Below, piece by piece: positions 16,502-24,686 of a stretch of 32,000 nt of DNA. The DNA lies in the NCBI RefSeq assembly GCF_000025945.1, contig NC_006138.1, positions 2,850,001 to 2,882,000 of the forward strand. The letters run 5' to 3'. Source of the DNA: Desulfotalea psychrophila LSv54 (GTDB lineage Bacteria > Desulfobacterota > Desulfobulbia > Desulfobulbales > Desulfocapsaceae). A model generated the notes under the pieces. It ran no database searches. It was not told where the DNA came from and saw only the letters and a list, made by a program, of their open reading frames with translations. The position numbers and the translations under genes were made by a program. How positions within the stretch are numbered: position 1 is the first letter of the stretch; every line of letters starts with the position of its first letter.

Positions 16502-19084
16502 ATGAAAATATCAGATCATGCAGACCACACAGAAAAACTTTTCGGAATTCGCGGAGAAGACATCCATAAATGGATGGATGGCTTCTTCGAACATGATGGC
16601 GTTGATCATTATTTACGTAACAATGGCAAGATAGCAGATTACAACCCATATGATCATCGAAAATTTCGCCATTGTCAAGAAGTTTTGGCAGAGGCTTATG
16701 ACGAATTTACGGGGATATACGAGAAGCGGGATATAAAAAATATTTTCGAAACTCATATCAAGGATGATTATAACGGATATATTCCGACTAGAAATGACTT
16801 TGAAAACAGTATGTTTACCGAAAAATATCATGATTCTTTGCACCAAGATAATTGGAATCCAATCCTAGATTCAGAAGAATTATCTGACTACTTCGAAGGA
16901 GTAAAAAATTATGACGAATATAAAAGGCCAAATCATTTTATAACCACTTTCGGGATGCGTATTGTTATCCCAACAGTGGTTGCTATTATCCTCTTTGTGA
17001 CATCTATCTTCTTTGTTGTGGTTCCAGTTATTGAAACCTCTATAATGAACCAAAAGCGAAAGATGATCAAAGAGTTAACCGTTTCAGCCATCTCAATTGC
17101 CGAGCAGTATATTTCCTTAAGTAAAAATGCTGTACTTTCTGAAAAAGATGCACAGAAACGCGCTGCAAAAGAGATCGAATCAATGCGCTATGGTGATCAA
17201 CATAAAGATTATTTCTTTATAACTGATATGACACCTAGGATGATTATGCATCCATACCGTCAAGAATTGATTGGCACAAATTTAAACGACTATACGGATA
17301 CAGAAAACAAGAGTGGAAAGCGTCTCTTTGTCGAGCTTGTCGACTTGGTTAAAAAAAATCACGAGGGATATCTTGAATATCAGTGGCAATGGAAAGATGA
17401 CAGTAGCACATCAGTCCCGAAACTTTCTTATGTGCGTGGAATTCCAGAGTGGGGATGGGTTGTTGGAACTGGTGTATATATAAATGATGTAAAAGAAGAG
17501 ATAGCACGCCTTAAAAGACATCTATATATCACTTTTCTGATCATTACTTTTGGACTAATTTTGGTGATGAGCTATATCATTTACCAAAGCCACAATATCG
17601 AGGCTAGAAAGAAAAAAGCTGAAATTCTTCTACATGAAGCAAAGGATCGATACAGAGCTCTCGTTGAAACTTCAAATGAGGGTTACATATTGGAAGCTGA
17701 AGGAAAGATTATATATTCCAATCAGAGGCTTATACGAATGATTGGTTATAGTGAACGAGAGCTTCATGACCATACTATTTGGAGTACCCTGTTTCCACAA
17801 AAACCTCTTAACATGCCTGTATTACAACATTTAATTAGCATATTCCATGGAGCAGCAGAACCTGCAGAGTTTGAGGCACAGTTATTGACCAAAGACGGAC
17901 AAGAGATTGATATTATTTTAAGTACTTCAAAAATATTTTTATCTGAAAAAAAGGGGCACGTTATATCTTTTCGCCCTATAACGAGAAAAATCTATAGTGG
18001 AGCTATCCCTTTTGAGAAAGATGTTACTAACTACAGGGGACTTACCAGTGAAGTTGTACGCCTGATTGAAGAAAGTGAAACAGCAGGCAGTGTTGTAGAG
18101 GCACTCAACAGAATGCCAAACTTGATTAGAACAATGATTGATGCGGGATCTAGACCAGGTAATCTACGTCGTGTAATTGGTGGTGCTTATGACGCAGCTA
18201 TCACCAAATTTATAGAGCTTTCAATAGAAGAATTAGGAAATCCACCTGTAGAATTTTCCTTTATGTCAATGGGATCAAATGCACGTCATGATATGACTCT
18301 TTTCTCTGACCAAGATAATGCAATTGTTTTTGAAGACTGCGCTGTAGGTGATCTCAAGAAAATACGACGATATTTTTTACACCTTGCCGAGCGAGTGTGT
18401 AAAAGACTGGACCAAGCAGGCTACTCATACTGTGATGGCTGGATTATGGCTACTAATCCACAATGGTGCTTGAGCATGACTGAGTGGAAGAAAAACTTTA
18501 CCCATTGGATCATAAACTCTAGTCCCGATGCCATATTAGAAGCCAATGTTTTTTTTGATGTGCGCTCCACCTATGGCACAGCAAAATTGGTTGATCAGTT
18601 ACAACAACACGTCTTTGAAACAAACAGAAAGCACGAGCAATTTTTTGTAAACTATGCCAAAAATTGCCTCTCCTACGCCCAACCACTTAATACAAAGGGA
18701 CAAATTAAGACACAGGTAAATGATGGGGTCCGCTCTGTGAACCTCAAAGAGTGCCTGAGGCCGATGGAAATTTTTTGTAGAATTTATGCTCTTAAGTATG
18801 ACATTCGCGAAGCTAATACTATTACTCGACTTAAAAAATTGGCGCAAAGGGGAGATATATCAAGAAAAGAATATCGTGAGATGGTCTATATTTTTGACCA
18901 TATCTGGAATTTGCGATTTATGAATCAAATCATAGAATACACTGATTTAAGAAGGGTTAATGACTCTCTGGACCTTGATGAGTTACCGCAAATAGAGCAA
19001 GAAAATCTTAAAAATGTGTTAGCGAGAATCTCTATTTTCCGGGACAAGGTGAGTAGGGATTTTCTTGAAGGTCCTCAAAATTAG
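16502..19084 (+). CDS. Membrane sensor protein: N-terminal His-rich domain, TM, single Cache domain, TM, PAS, DUF294 nucleotidyltransferase plus DUF294_C
   Basis: 860-aa ORF. TM segments at about aa 146-177 and 341-361 bracket a Cache-like domain (MRYGD..DYFFI.D....IMHP....IG.NL........G......L......EGYLEYQW........PKLSYV..IPEWGWVVGTGVYI). A PAS-like region covers aa ~380-495. The NTase motif is MGSNARHDMTLFSDQDN (aa 589-606). The helical C-terminal domain is typical of DUF294_C. Confidence 0.85.
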   Translation: MKISDHADHTEKLFGIRGEDIHKWMDGFFEHDGVDHYLRNNGKIADYNPYDHRKFRHCQEVLAEAYDEFTGIYEKRDIKNIFETHIKDDYNGYIPTRNDFENSMFTEKYHDSLHQDNWNPILDSEELSDYFEGVKNYDEYKRPNHFITTFGMRIVIPTVVAIILFVTSIFFVVVPVIETSIMNQKRKMIKELTVSAISIAEQYISLSKNAVLSEKDAQKRAAKEIESMRYGDQHKDYFFITDMTPRMIMHPYRQELIGTNLNDYTDTENKSGKRLFVELVDLVKKNHEGYLEYQWQWKDDSSTSVPKLSYVRGIPEWGWVVGTGVYINDVKEEIARLKRHLYITFLIITFGLILVMSYIIYQSHNIEARKKKAEILLHEAKDRYRALVETSNEGYILEAEGKIIYSNQRLIRMIGYSERELHDHTIWSTLFPQKPLNMPVLQHLISIFHGAAEPAEFEAQLLTKDGQEIDIILSTSKIFLSEKKGHVISFRPITRKIYSGAIPFEKDVTNYRGLTSEVVRLIEESETAGSVVEALNRMPNLIRTMIDAGSRPGNLRRVIGGAYDAAITKFIELSIEELGNPPVEFSFMSMGSNARHDMTLFSDQDNAIVFEDCAVGDLKKIRRYFLHLAERVCKRLDQAGYSYCDGWIMATNPQWCLSMTEWKKNFTHWIINSSPDAILEANVFFDVRSTYGTAKLVDQLQQHVFETNRKHEQFFVNYAKNCLSYAQPLNTKGQIKTQVNDGVRSVNLKECLRPMEIFCRIYALKYDIREANTITRLKKLAQRGDISRKEYREMVYIFDHIWNLRFMNQIIEYTDLRRVNDSLDLDELPQIEQENLKNVLARISIFRDKVSRDFLEGPQN

Positions 19085-19373
19085 CAAGGTGGTAGAAGAG
19101 ATCCTCCCATTCATCAACGCATTTAAAAATAGAATAGCCCTTTTTTAACTGCTGGCCCGCTGGAATTGTATCCCAGTGATCTCCTGTCTTGCAGGCAGAT
19201 AAACTTGCGGGAAATGAGACAGGGTACGCAGACAAAAAAGGGGATGCCCACAGGCACCAGGAGACACAACTCCTAGCTACAGTAAAATCCCCAGAAGGGG
19301 GAGAGAAGGAGAGAGGGGAAGCTCTGGACAGCCTGGTGCTGAAGGCACCAGGCTGCGCAAAGGGGACAACTGA

Positions 19374-19931
19374 TTAACCTATGGGCAAAACGGTTCTGCC
19401 ATACTGCTCATTAATAACCTCTGCCATGGCAAGATAAATGGCACTCGCTCCACAGACAATTCCTTCCCAACCGGCAATATGACCAAGGGCCACAGAACCG
19501 GTCCAGTTATGGGCCGCAAGCAGAAAAAAGAGTACGGTCAGGGAGAAAAATATAAATTGCAGAACACGGTTGCTCTTAAGAGAAGCAATGAACATAAAAA
19601 AGGTGAAAATACCCCAGAGAGCCAGATACCAGCCCATAAATGCATGGGGAGTACTCTCTGTAATACCAAGCTTTGGCATAATAATAAGGGCCACAAGGGT
19701 GAGCCAAAAATGACCATAGGAGATAAAGGCCGTCATGCCAAAGGTGTTGCCCTTACGGAACTCCAGGATACCGGCGATAATCTGTGCTATACCACCATAG
19801 AGCAGCCCCATGGCCAAAATCATAGCGCTTATCGGGAAAAATCCCGCGTTATGGATATTCAACAAAACCGTGGTCATACCAAAGCCCATCAGGCCAAGCG
19901 GTCCTGGATTTGCAAGCTTATATTCCGTCAT
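19374..19931 (-). CDS. satP: Succinate-acetate/proton symporter, GPR1/FUN34/YaaH family
   Basis: 185-aa, six-TM protein with the family signature (ANPGPLGL.GFG.TT..LN, EF..GNTFG.TAF.SYG.FW). Confidence 0.93.
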   Translation of the reverse strand: MTEYKLANPGPLGLMGFGMTTVLLNIHNAGFFPISAMILAMGLLYGGIAQIIAGILEFRKGNTFGMTAFISYGHFWLTLVALIIMPKLGITESTPHAFMGWYLALWGIFTFFMFIASLKSNRVLQFIFFSLTVLFFLLAAHNWTGSVALGHIAGWEGIVCGASAIYLAMAEVINEQYGRTVLPIG

Positions 19932-20248
19932 CTAACTCCCATTCCTTTAATCAATTCTTTTAATTAACTATTTTATATAACAATTCCAGCGCTCCCCGGA
20001 AGAGCAACTAAACAGATTAGTCCTTTGCCCGGGCAAAACCATCCATATCGTGTAAGACAATGATAAAAGAGAAAAAACTCAAGAGGCACTACCCTGACAG
20101 AAAACCATAGCTAAAGCCCTGCCACTGCGTGGATATAGGACCCTATGGCCAAGGACATAACAAAAATCCCCGAGCAAGCTACTCGCAATTATCGAACAAA
20201 TCAAGGAAATTAAGCTACCAATATTGCCGAGGTCACGTTTAACGTTTT

Positions 20249-21829
20249 CTACCACTCGCAGATATTTGTGGCGATTCTATTTCGGCCAAGCCTCTTGGCC
20301 CTATAAAGGGCCTTATCAGCGGCCGCGACGAGTAGACTTGAATCCATTCCACTCTTGGGAATGCAGGTGGATACACCCGCACTAATTGTTACCACATTGC
20401 TGGTTGGGGAAAAGGCATGAGCTATCTGCAGATCCTCTATCGCCCGACGACAATCTTCAGCCACCGAGGCAGCATCGGTGGTATTGAGCAGTACAAGAGA
20501 AAATTCTTCCCCGCCATACCTGGCGACAAGATCAGTTGAACGATGAGGGATCTTCCGAAGCTGCTCTGCAACTTTTTTCAAACACTCGTCTCCGGTAAGA
20601 TGACCATAATTGTCGTTATATAATTTAAAATTATCAATATCTGCCATGATAAAGGAGATGGACGATTTTTCCCGCATCGCCCGTGCCCACTCCCGGGATA
20701 GAAAATTATCCATGGTCCTTCTATTAAAAACCCCAGTCAAACCATCCGAAGACGATACCAGCTTGAGTTTTCGATTTACCTCCTGTAACTCATTTTTTTT
20801 CTCCAATAATTTTTCTTGGGTTAAAACCGATTTTTTCACAATTGCCCTAAGAACAAAAGCAACAACGCTAGTAAAAATAATACCAAAGACAAAAATAAGC
20901 TGAGAAGAAAAGCCCCTTCTCCTCTCGACATACAAAACGGTGGGGAACGCCTCCAAACACCACTGCCTCCCCAAAATTACAGGCATTTTTTTTTGATAAA
21001 AAGCACTCTGCTGGAGGACAAAAACATTTCGAGGATCGCGACTATAAAGAGTTTCAGTGCTTACAGGTGAGGTGATATCGACAAGCTTCAGCTTTATACC
21101 TGCAAGATCTTCAGTTAAATGGGAGCTGACTAAGATATCGTCTATTTGATAAACACCAACCACAAAACCAAACAGAGCCTGCCGTCGCCTGACTACCGTT
21201 GTCGGATTTCCCTTATAAACAGGCAAGAGGCTAACCACACCTCTCTGGACATTACCCTCTTGAACAAAGTCAACGGGCGCAGTTACCTGAAGAAGGTCCT
21301 CATCCATAGCTCTTCTGAGGGCTGGCATAAGAGGACTGGCGGCAAGATCAAAGCCGAGGCGATCACTGTTACCCGGTACAGGCTCAATATAAAACACAGG
21401 GAGGGCCTCCCCTCTTGCCCCTTCCGTATCTATTGCCTCACCTGTACCTGATTTCTCATTATCTGAAAAATACGCCCCCACCTCAAACAGAGACACACCA
21501 CCACGATCCCTCGCCGTACGCGGTATCCAACCAAGGGCATGAATACCCGGATAATCTACCAGCAATCGCCTCGCCTCGTTATTAAAGCGATCATAACTGG
21601 GAACTATCTCCCCATTATTATACAAGGTAAGCAAAGACTGGGACGCCTCAAAATTTTTTAAAGCCTCATGATATATTTCAATGGCAAGCCTATTTACACT
21701 CTGCTGAAATTCATTAACTATCACCTTTTCTTCAGCATCATAAAGCAACCAGGATGTCCAGCCCGACAGACAAATGCCACCTAGCAAAATAAACGCCAAA
21801 AGAAAATTTAAACTTGTGTGAGATTTCAT
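20249..21829 (-). CDS. CHASE-domain diguanylate cyclase (GGDEF)
   Basis: 526-aa ORF. Signal anchor, a periplasmic CHASE-like region (GIHALGWIPR..., FYIEPV.GN....GFDL), a second TM, a coiled coil, then GGDEF (DGLTGVFNRR, DIDNFKLYNDNYGH..GD, RYGGEEF). GGAGGAAGG RBS. Confidence 0.92.
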   Translation of the reverse strand: MKSHTSLNFLLAFILLGGICLSGWTSWLLYDAEEKVIVNEFQQSVNRLAIEIYHEALKNFEASQSLLTLYNNGEIVPSYDRFNNEARRLLVDYPGIHALGWIPRTARDRGGVSLFEVGAYFSDNEKSGTGEAIDTEGARGEALPVFYIEPVPGNSDRLGFDLAASPLMPALRRAMDEDLLQVTAPVDFVQEGNVQRGVVSLLPVYKGNPTTVVRRRQALFGFVVGVYQIDDILVSSHLTEDLAGIKLKLVDITSPVSTETLYSRDPRNVFVLQQSAFYQKKMPVILGRQWCLEAFPTVLYVERRRGFSSQLIFVFGIIFTSVVAFVLRAIVKKSVLTQEKLLEKKNELQEVNRKLKLVSSSDGLTGVFNRRTMDNFLSREWARAMREKSSISFIMADIDNFKLYNDNYGHLTGDECLKKVAEQLRKIPHRSTDLVARYGGEEFSLVLLNTTDAASVAEDCRRAIEDLQIAHAFSPTSNVVTISAGVSTCIPKSGMDSSLLVAAADKALYRAKRLGRNRIATNICEW

Positions 21830-22153
21830 GCACCTTCCTCCGCCAACATTTACAAAAAAACTCCTCCATTACAGTTCATATTCTAGCATCTCAAGAAAAA
21901 ACCTAGAAAGCCAACACCATATTTTAACAAAAGCTTATAATAAAAGCAAAATACACCCTTATTAACAAATCAAGACAACAGATAAAAAACGCCTTCGGCA
22001 AGAGCAAATCGTGAGCGTAACTGAAAGAAACTGTAAAAAGAAAAAACTAAATGTGATACCGGCAACGTCTTCAAAAAAAAATTTATAGCTAATTCTGTCC
22101 ATATATGAAATTTTCTTTGGCTCTATCCCCTCACCTTAGAAAAAGGCTCAAAC

Positions 22154-22564
22154 ATGAAACAAATTGAAGTTGTAGCTGGCATTATTATCAATCAGGATAA
22201 GATATTATGTATGAAGCGCGGCATATCTAAATTCACCTATGTCTCGCAAAAATTTGAATTCCCCGGCGGCAAGGTAGAAGACAAAGAGACATACCGCCAG
22301 GCCCTGGCAAGAGAGATAAGAGAGGAACTACGAATTGAGATAGAGATAGGAGAGAAGCTGATGGTGGTAAACCATACCTATCCTGATTTTCAGATCAGAA
22401 TGCACTGCTATCTCTGTTCCAGTGAGAACAGGAAGATCACCTTAACGGAACATATTGAGAGCAAATGGCTCTACTGCCAAGAGCTTAACCAACTCGACTG
22501 GGCCGCCGCAGATATCCCCGCGGTTAAAAGGTTAATGGAGTGTAAAAATGCACCCGCAACCTGA
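22154..22564 (+). CDS. Nudix hydrolase, MutT-like (deoxy)nucleoside triphosphate pyrophosphohydrolase
   Basis: 136-aa ORF with the Nudix box GGKVEDKETYRQALAREIREELRIEI and MutT-like N-terminal and C-terminal segments (VVAGII..., W......L..L.....D). Confidence 0.85.
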   Translation: MKQIEVVAGIIINQDKILCMKRGISKFTYVSQKFEFPGGKVEDKETYRQALAREIREELRIEIEIGEKLMVVNHTYPDFQIRMHCYLCSSENRKITLTEHIESKWLYCQELNQLDWAAADIPAVKRLMECKNAPAT

Positions 22565-22724
22565 GAATTTCAAGGCCCGACGACCGGATCTCTGCCAATG
22601 AGCCAACCTGTCTCTCTGTTTCAATAATTCTCAAAATTTATTGCATCTTAAAAATTTGCATTCATAATAAACTCTGGCTAAAGTGGCACTTAGATCCTAC
22701 CAACAACCATCATAGGTGATCATT

Positions 22725-23690
22725 ATGAAATATAACCAGATATTTGCCATTCTCCTCCTCCTTCTCTGCAGCTGTGCCAGGCAAGGCAGTGGGGAGGCCA
22801 TCGTCGACACTGTGCCCAACTACAGCCAATCATCCTCCTGGCTCTATCAACCGGGAAGAGTCAATAAACCCATTGATCTCTTTTATGTCTATCCCACCAT
22901 CTATGCTGAGAAAAACCCAGCCAATATGAATATAGGCAACAGAGAGTTACGACAACGGGCTCGCCATCTAATAGATGCCCAGGCCAGTGTCTACGGGGAA
23001 AGTGCCAATATATTTGCCCCCCTCTACCGGCAGATGTCCATGGCCAGACTTGATGGCAACTCAGATGCCTTGCAAAGCCCCTTCTTCCAAAAGGGCTATG
23101 AAGATGTTGCCCGAGCCTTTGACTTTTACCTGCAACACCTCAATGGCGGCAGACCTTTCATCCTTGCCGGCCATAGCCAGGGGTCAATGGTACTCATCCA
23201 GTTGATGCGGAAAAAATTTGCCGACAGAGCATTACAAAAAAAACTGGTGGCCGCCTACCTGATAGGGTACTCGGTAACAGCTGAAGATTTCAAAAACTAT
23301 CCATGGATGAAGCCTGCCCAAGGCGCAAGTGATACAGGCGTTATCATCTCCTATAATACTCAATCGATCACGGCTAAGGATTCACCGGTACTCCTGCCCG
23401 GTGCCTATGGCATCAATCCCCTTAACTGGAGCAGAACGGAGCCAGCAAATAAATCCATGAACCGGGGGGCCGTCTTTTTTAGAGACAATGAAATAGAGCG
23501 GGAGATCCCGCACTATGCAGGGGCCTACATCGATCCTGCAACGGGGGCACTGATTACCCAACTACCGGAAAAACTTAACACTGGCTCCTTTCCCGCGGGG
23601 GTTTACCACCGATTTGACTACGCCCTCTGGTTTCGCAACCTGGAAGAGAACGTACAAAATCGCTGTGAAACATATCTCTCCACCAAGTAA
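22725..23690 (+). CDS. DUF3089-type alpha/beta-hydrolase lipoprotein
   Basis: ATG at 22725. Lipoprotein signal MKYNQIFAILLLLLCSC. Nucleophile-elbow motif AGHSQGS, and FYVYPT / APLYRQ motifs that I associate with DUF3089. Confidence 0.72.
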   Translation: MKYNQIFAILLLLLCSCARQGSGEAIVDTVPNYSQSSSWLYQPGRVNKPIDLFYVYPTIYAEKNPANMNIGNRELRQRARHLIDAQASVYGESANIFAPLYRQMSMARLDGNSDALQSPFFQKGYEDVARAFDFYLQHLNGGRPFILAGHSQGSMVLIQLMRKKFADRALQKKLVAAYLIGYSVTAEDFKNYPWMKPAQGASDTGVIISYNTQSITAKDSPVLLPGAYGINPLNWSRTEPANKSMNRGAVFFRDNEIEREIPHYAGAYIDPATGALITQLPEKLNTGSFPAGVYHRFDYALWFRNLEENVQNRCETYLSTK

Positions 23691-23704
23691 CCCTTCTCAT
23701 CAAT

Positions 23705-24262
23705 ATGAAAAAAACAATAACAATCTACCATTTTACCGAGGTTGAGCAGACAGGCATTGTCGGCCACTTCAGTGCAGACAGAAAACACCGCGCCTATCTC
23801 CATATCCCCTTTAAGAAAAGAGAGTCAAGACCAATGCTCTGCATCGTCGGGCAAAACCCGAGTAGGGCAGATGAACTGGTAGCCGACAGAACTGTTCAGT
23901 ATTTTGAAAAATTTGTCTTCACCCATCTCCCCCAATATGGGGGGATCATTATGCTCAACCTCTACAGCCGTTTTGATACCAACAAGGAGGAGGCCAGTGA
24001 TCTGATACGGCCGGACTGCGACCGGGTACTGGCAGAGATCATCACAGGACATGAGGATTTCCTTGTTGCCTATGGAAAAATACAAAATAAGGGTGCATAC
24101 CAATTCCGCGAGCGGGCCCTCTATCTCAAGGACCTCCTTACGGGAAAAAATATTTATAAGATAGATATTGGGAGCACCTACCCGCCCCATCCGGGAAACA
24201 GTGCCCTCTGTTATCACCGCTTTCATAAAATATGCCCCTATGAATTTGCTGATATCTCCTAA
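23705..24262 (+). CDS. DUF1643 domain protein
   Basis: 185-aa ORF with a DUF1643-like pattern (..HRAYL.......MLCIVGQNPSRAD....DRTV..........YGGIIMLNLYS). Confidence 0.72.
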   Translation: MKKTITIYHFTEVEQTGIVGHFSADRKHRAYLHIPFKKRESRPMLCIVGQNPSRADELVADRTVQYFEKFVFTHLPQYGGIIMLNLYSRFDTNKEEASDLIRPDCDRVLAEIITGHEDFLVAYGKIQNKGAYQFRERALYLKDLLTGKNIYKIDIGSTYPPHPGNSALCYHRFHKICPYEFADIS

Positions 24263-24295
24263 AAAACATTCTCCCGGCGCAGGCCTCGCCCCCAA

Positions 24296-24342
24296 CCCCT
24301 CTCGCCCCACCACATCAGCGAGAGGGGGGCGACACTTTTTTT
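24296..24342 (+). terminator. Probable intrinsic terminator after the DUF1643 gene
   Basis: 10-bp stem CCCCTCTCGC (24296-24305) / GCGAGAGGGG (24318-24327). The T7 run at 24336-24342 is 8 nt from the stem, so it is not ideal. Confidence 0.5.
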
Positions 24343-24442
24343 GCAGGTCTCCTTTCTCTCATTTACCGCCCTGCCTCAAAAGCTTAGGATGTACGTCCCA
24401 CAATTGAGTACCGGTAGAAGAAAAAAAAGAATACTTTTTTTA

Positions 24443-24471
24443 TTGACACCACCTCTGCCATCAGGTATAAA
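24443..24471 (+). promoter_or_regulatory. Sigma-70-type promoter of tRNA-Glu copy 2
   Basis: TTGACA (24443-24448), 17-nt spacer, TATAAA (24466-24471), with an A/T-rich UP-like tract upstream. Confidence 0.55.
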
Positions 24472-24485
24472 CGTCCTCAGCACTT

Positions 24486-24560
24486 GGCCCCATCGTCTAG
24501 CGGTTAGGACGTTGGCCTCTCACGCCGAAAGCAGGGGTTCGATTCCCCTTGGGGTCACCA
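24486..24560 (+). tRNA. tRNA-Glu: tRNA-Glu (anticodon CTC), second identical copy
   Basis: 75 nt identical to 3780-3854. The 6 nt upstream (CACTTG) are also shared. Confidence 0.95.
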
Positions 24561-24570
24561 AGATACTAAA

Positions 24571-24606
24571 GGGACTTAGCAATTAACTTGTTAAGTCCCT
24601 TTTTTT
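24571..24606 (+). terminator. Intrinsic terminator of tRNA-Glu copy 2
   Basis: Stem GGGACTTAGCAA / TTGTTAAGTCCC (one G-U pair) followed by a T7 run. Confidence 0.8.
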
Positions 24607-24686
24607 ATATTTTCACCAAGGGATCCAGAGTAGTTGCACCTGACAAAACCCTTCCACGTAGGATCAAATTCACTCCCTAAGTAGCC

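Noticed and set aside
19032-19235. 67-aa minus-strand ORF (…GYSIFKCVDEWEDLFYHLANF…) between the sensor gene and satP
   Set aside because: It overlaps the 3' end of the 860-aa gene by 53 nt and has no RBS or family match. It may be a gene relic, but that cannot be supported from sequence alone.
3780-24560. Classical tRNA-integrated genomic island bounded by the two tRNA-Glu copies
   Set aside because: Both copies are full-length genes with their own promoters and terminators, not a gene plus a 3' att fragment. No integrase, excisionase or transfer genes occur in the interval, and much of the content is housekeeping (metY, tenA, mutT-like).
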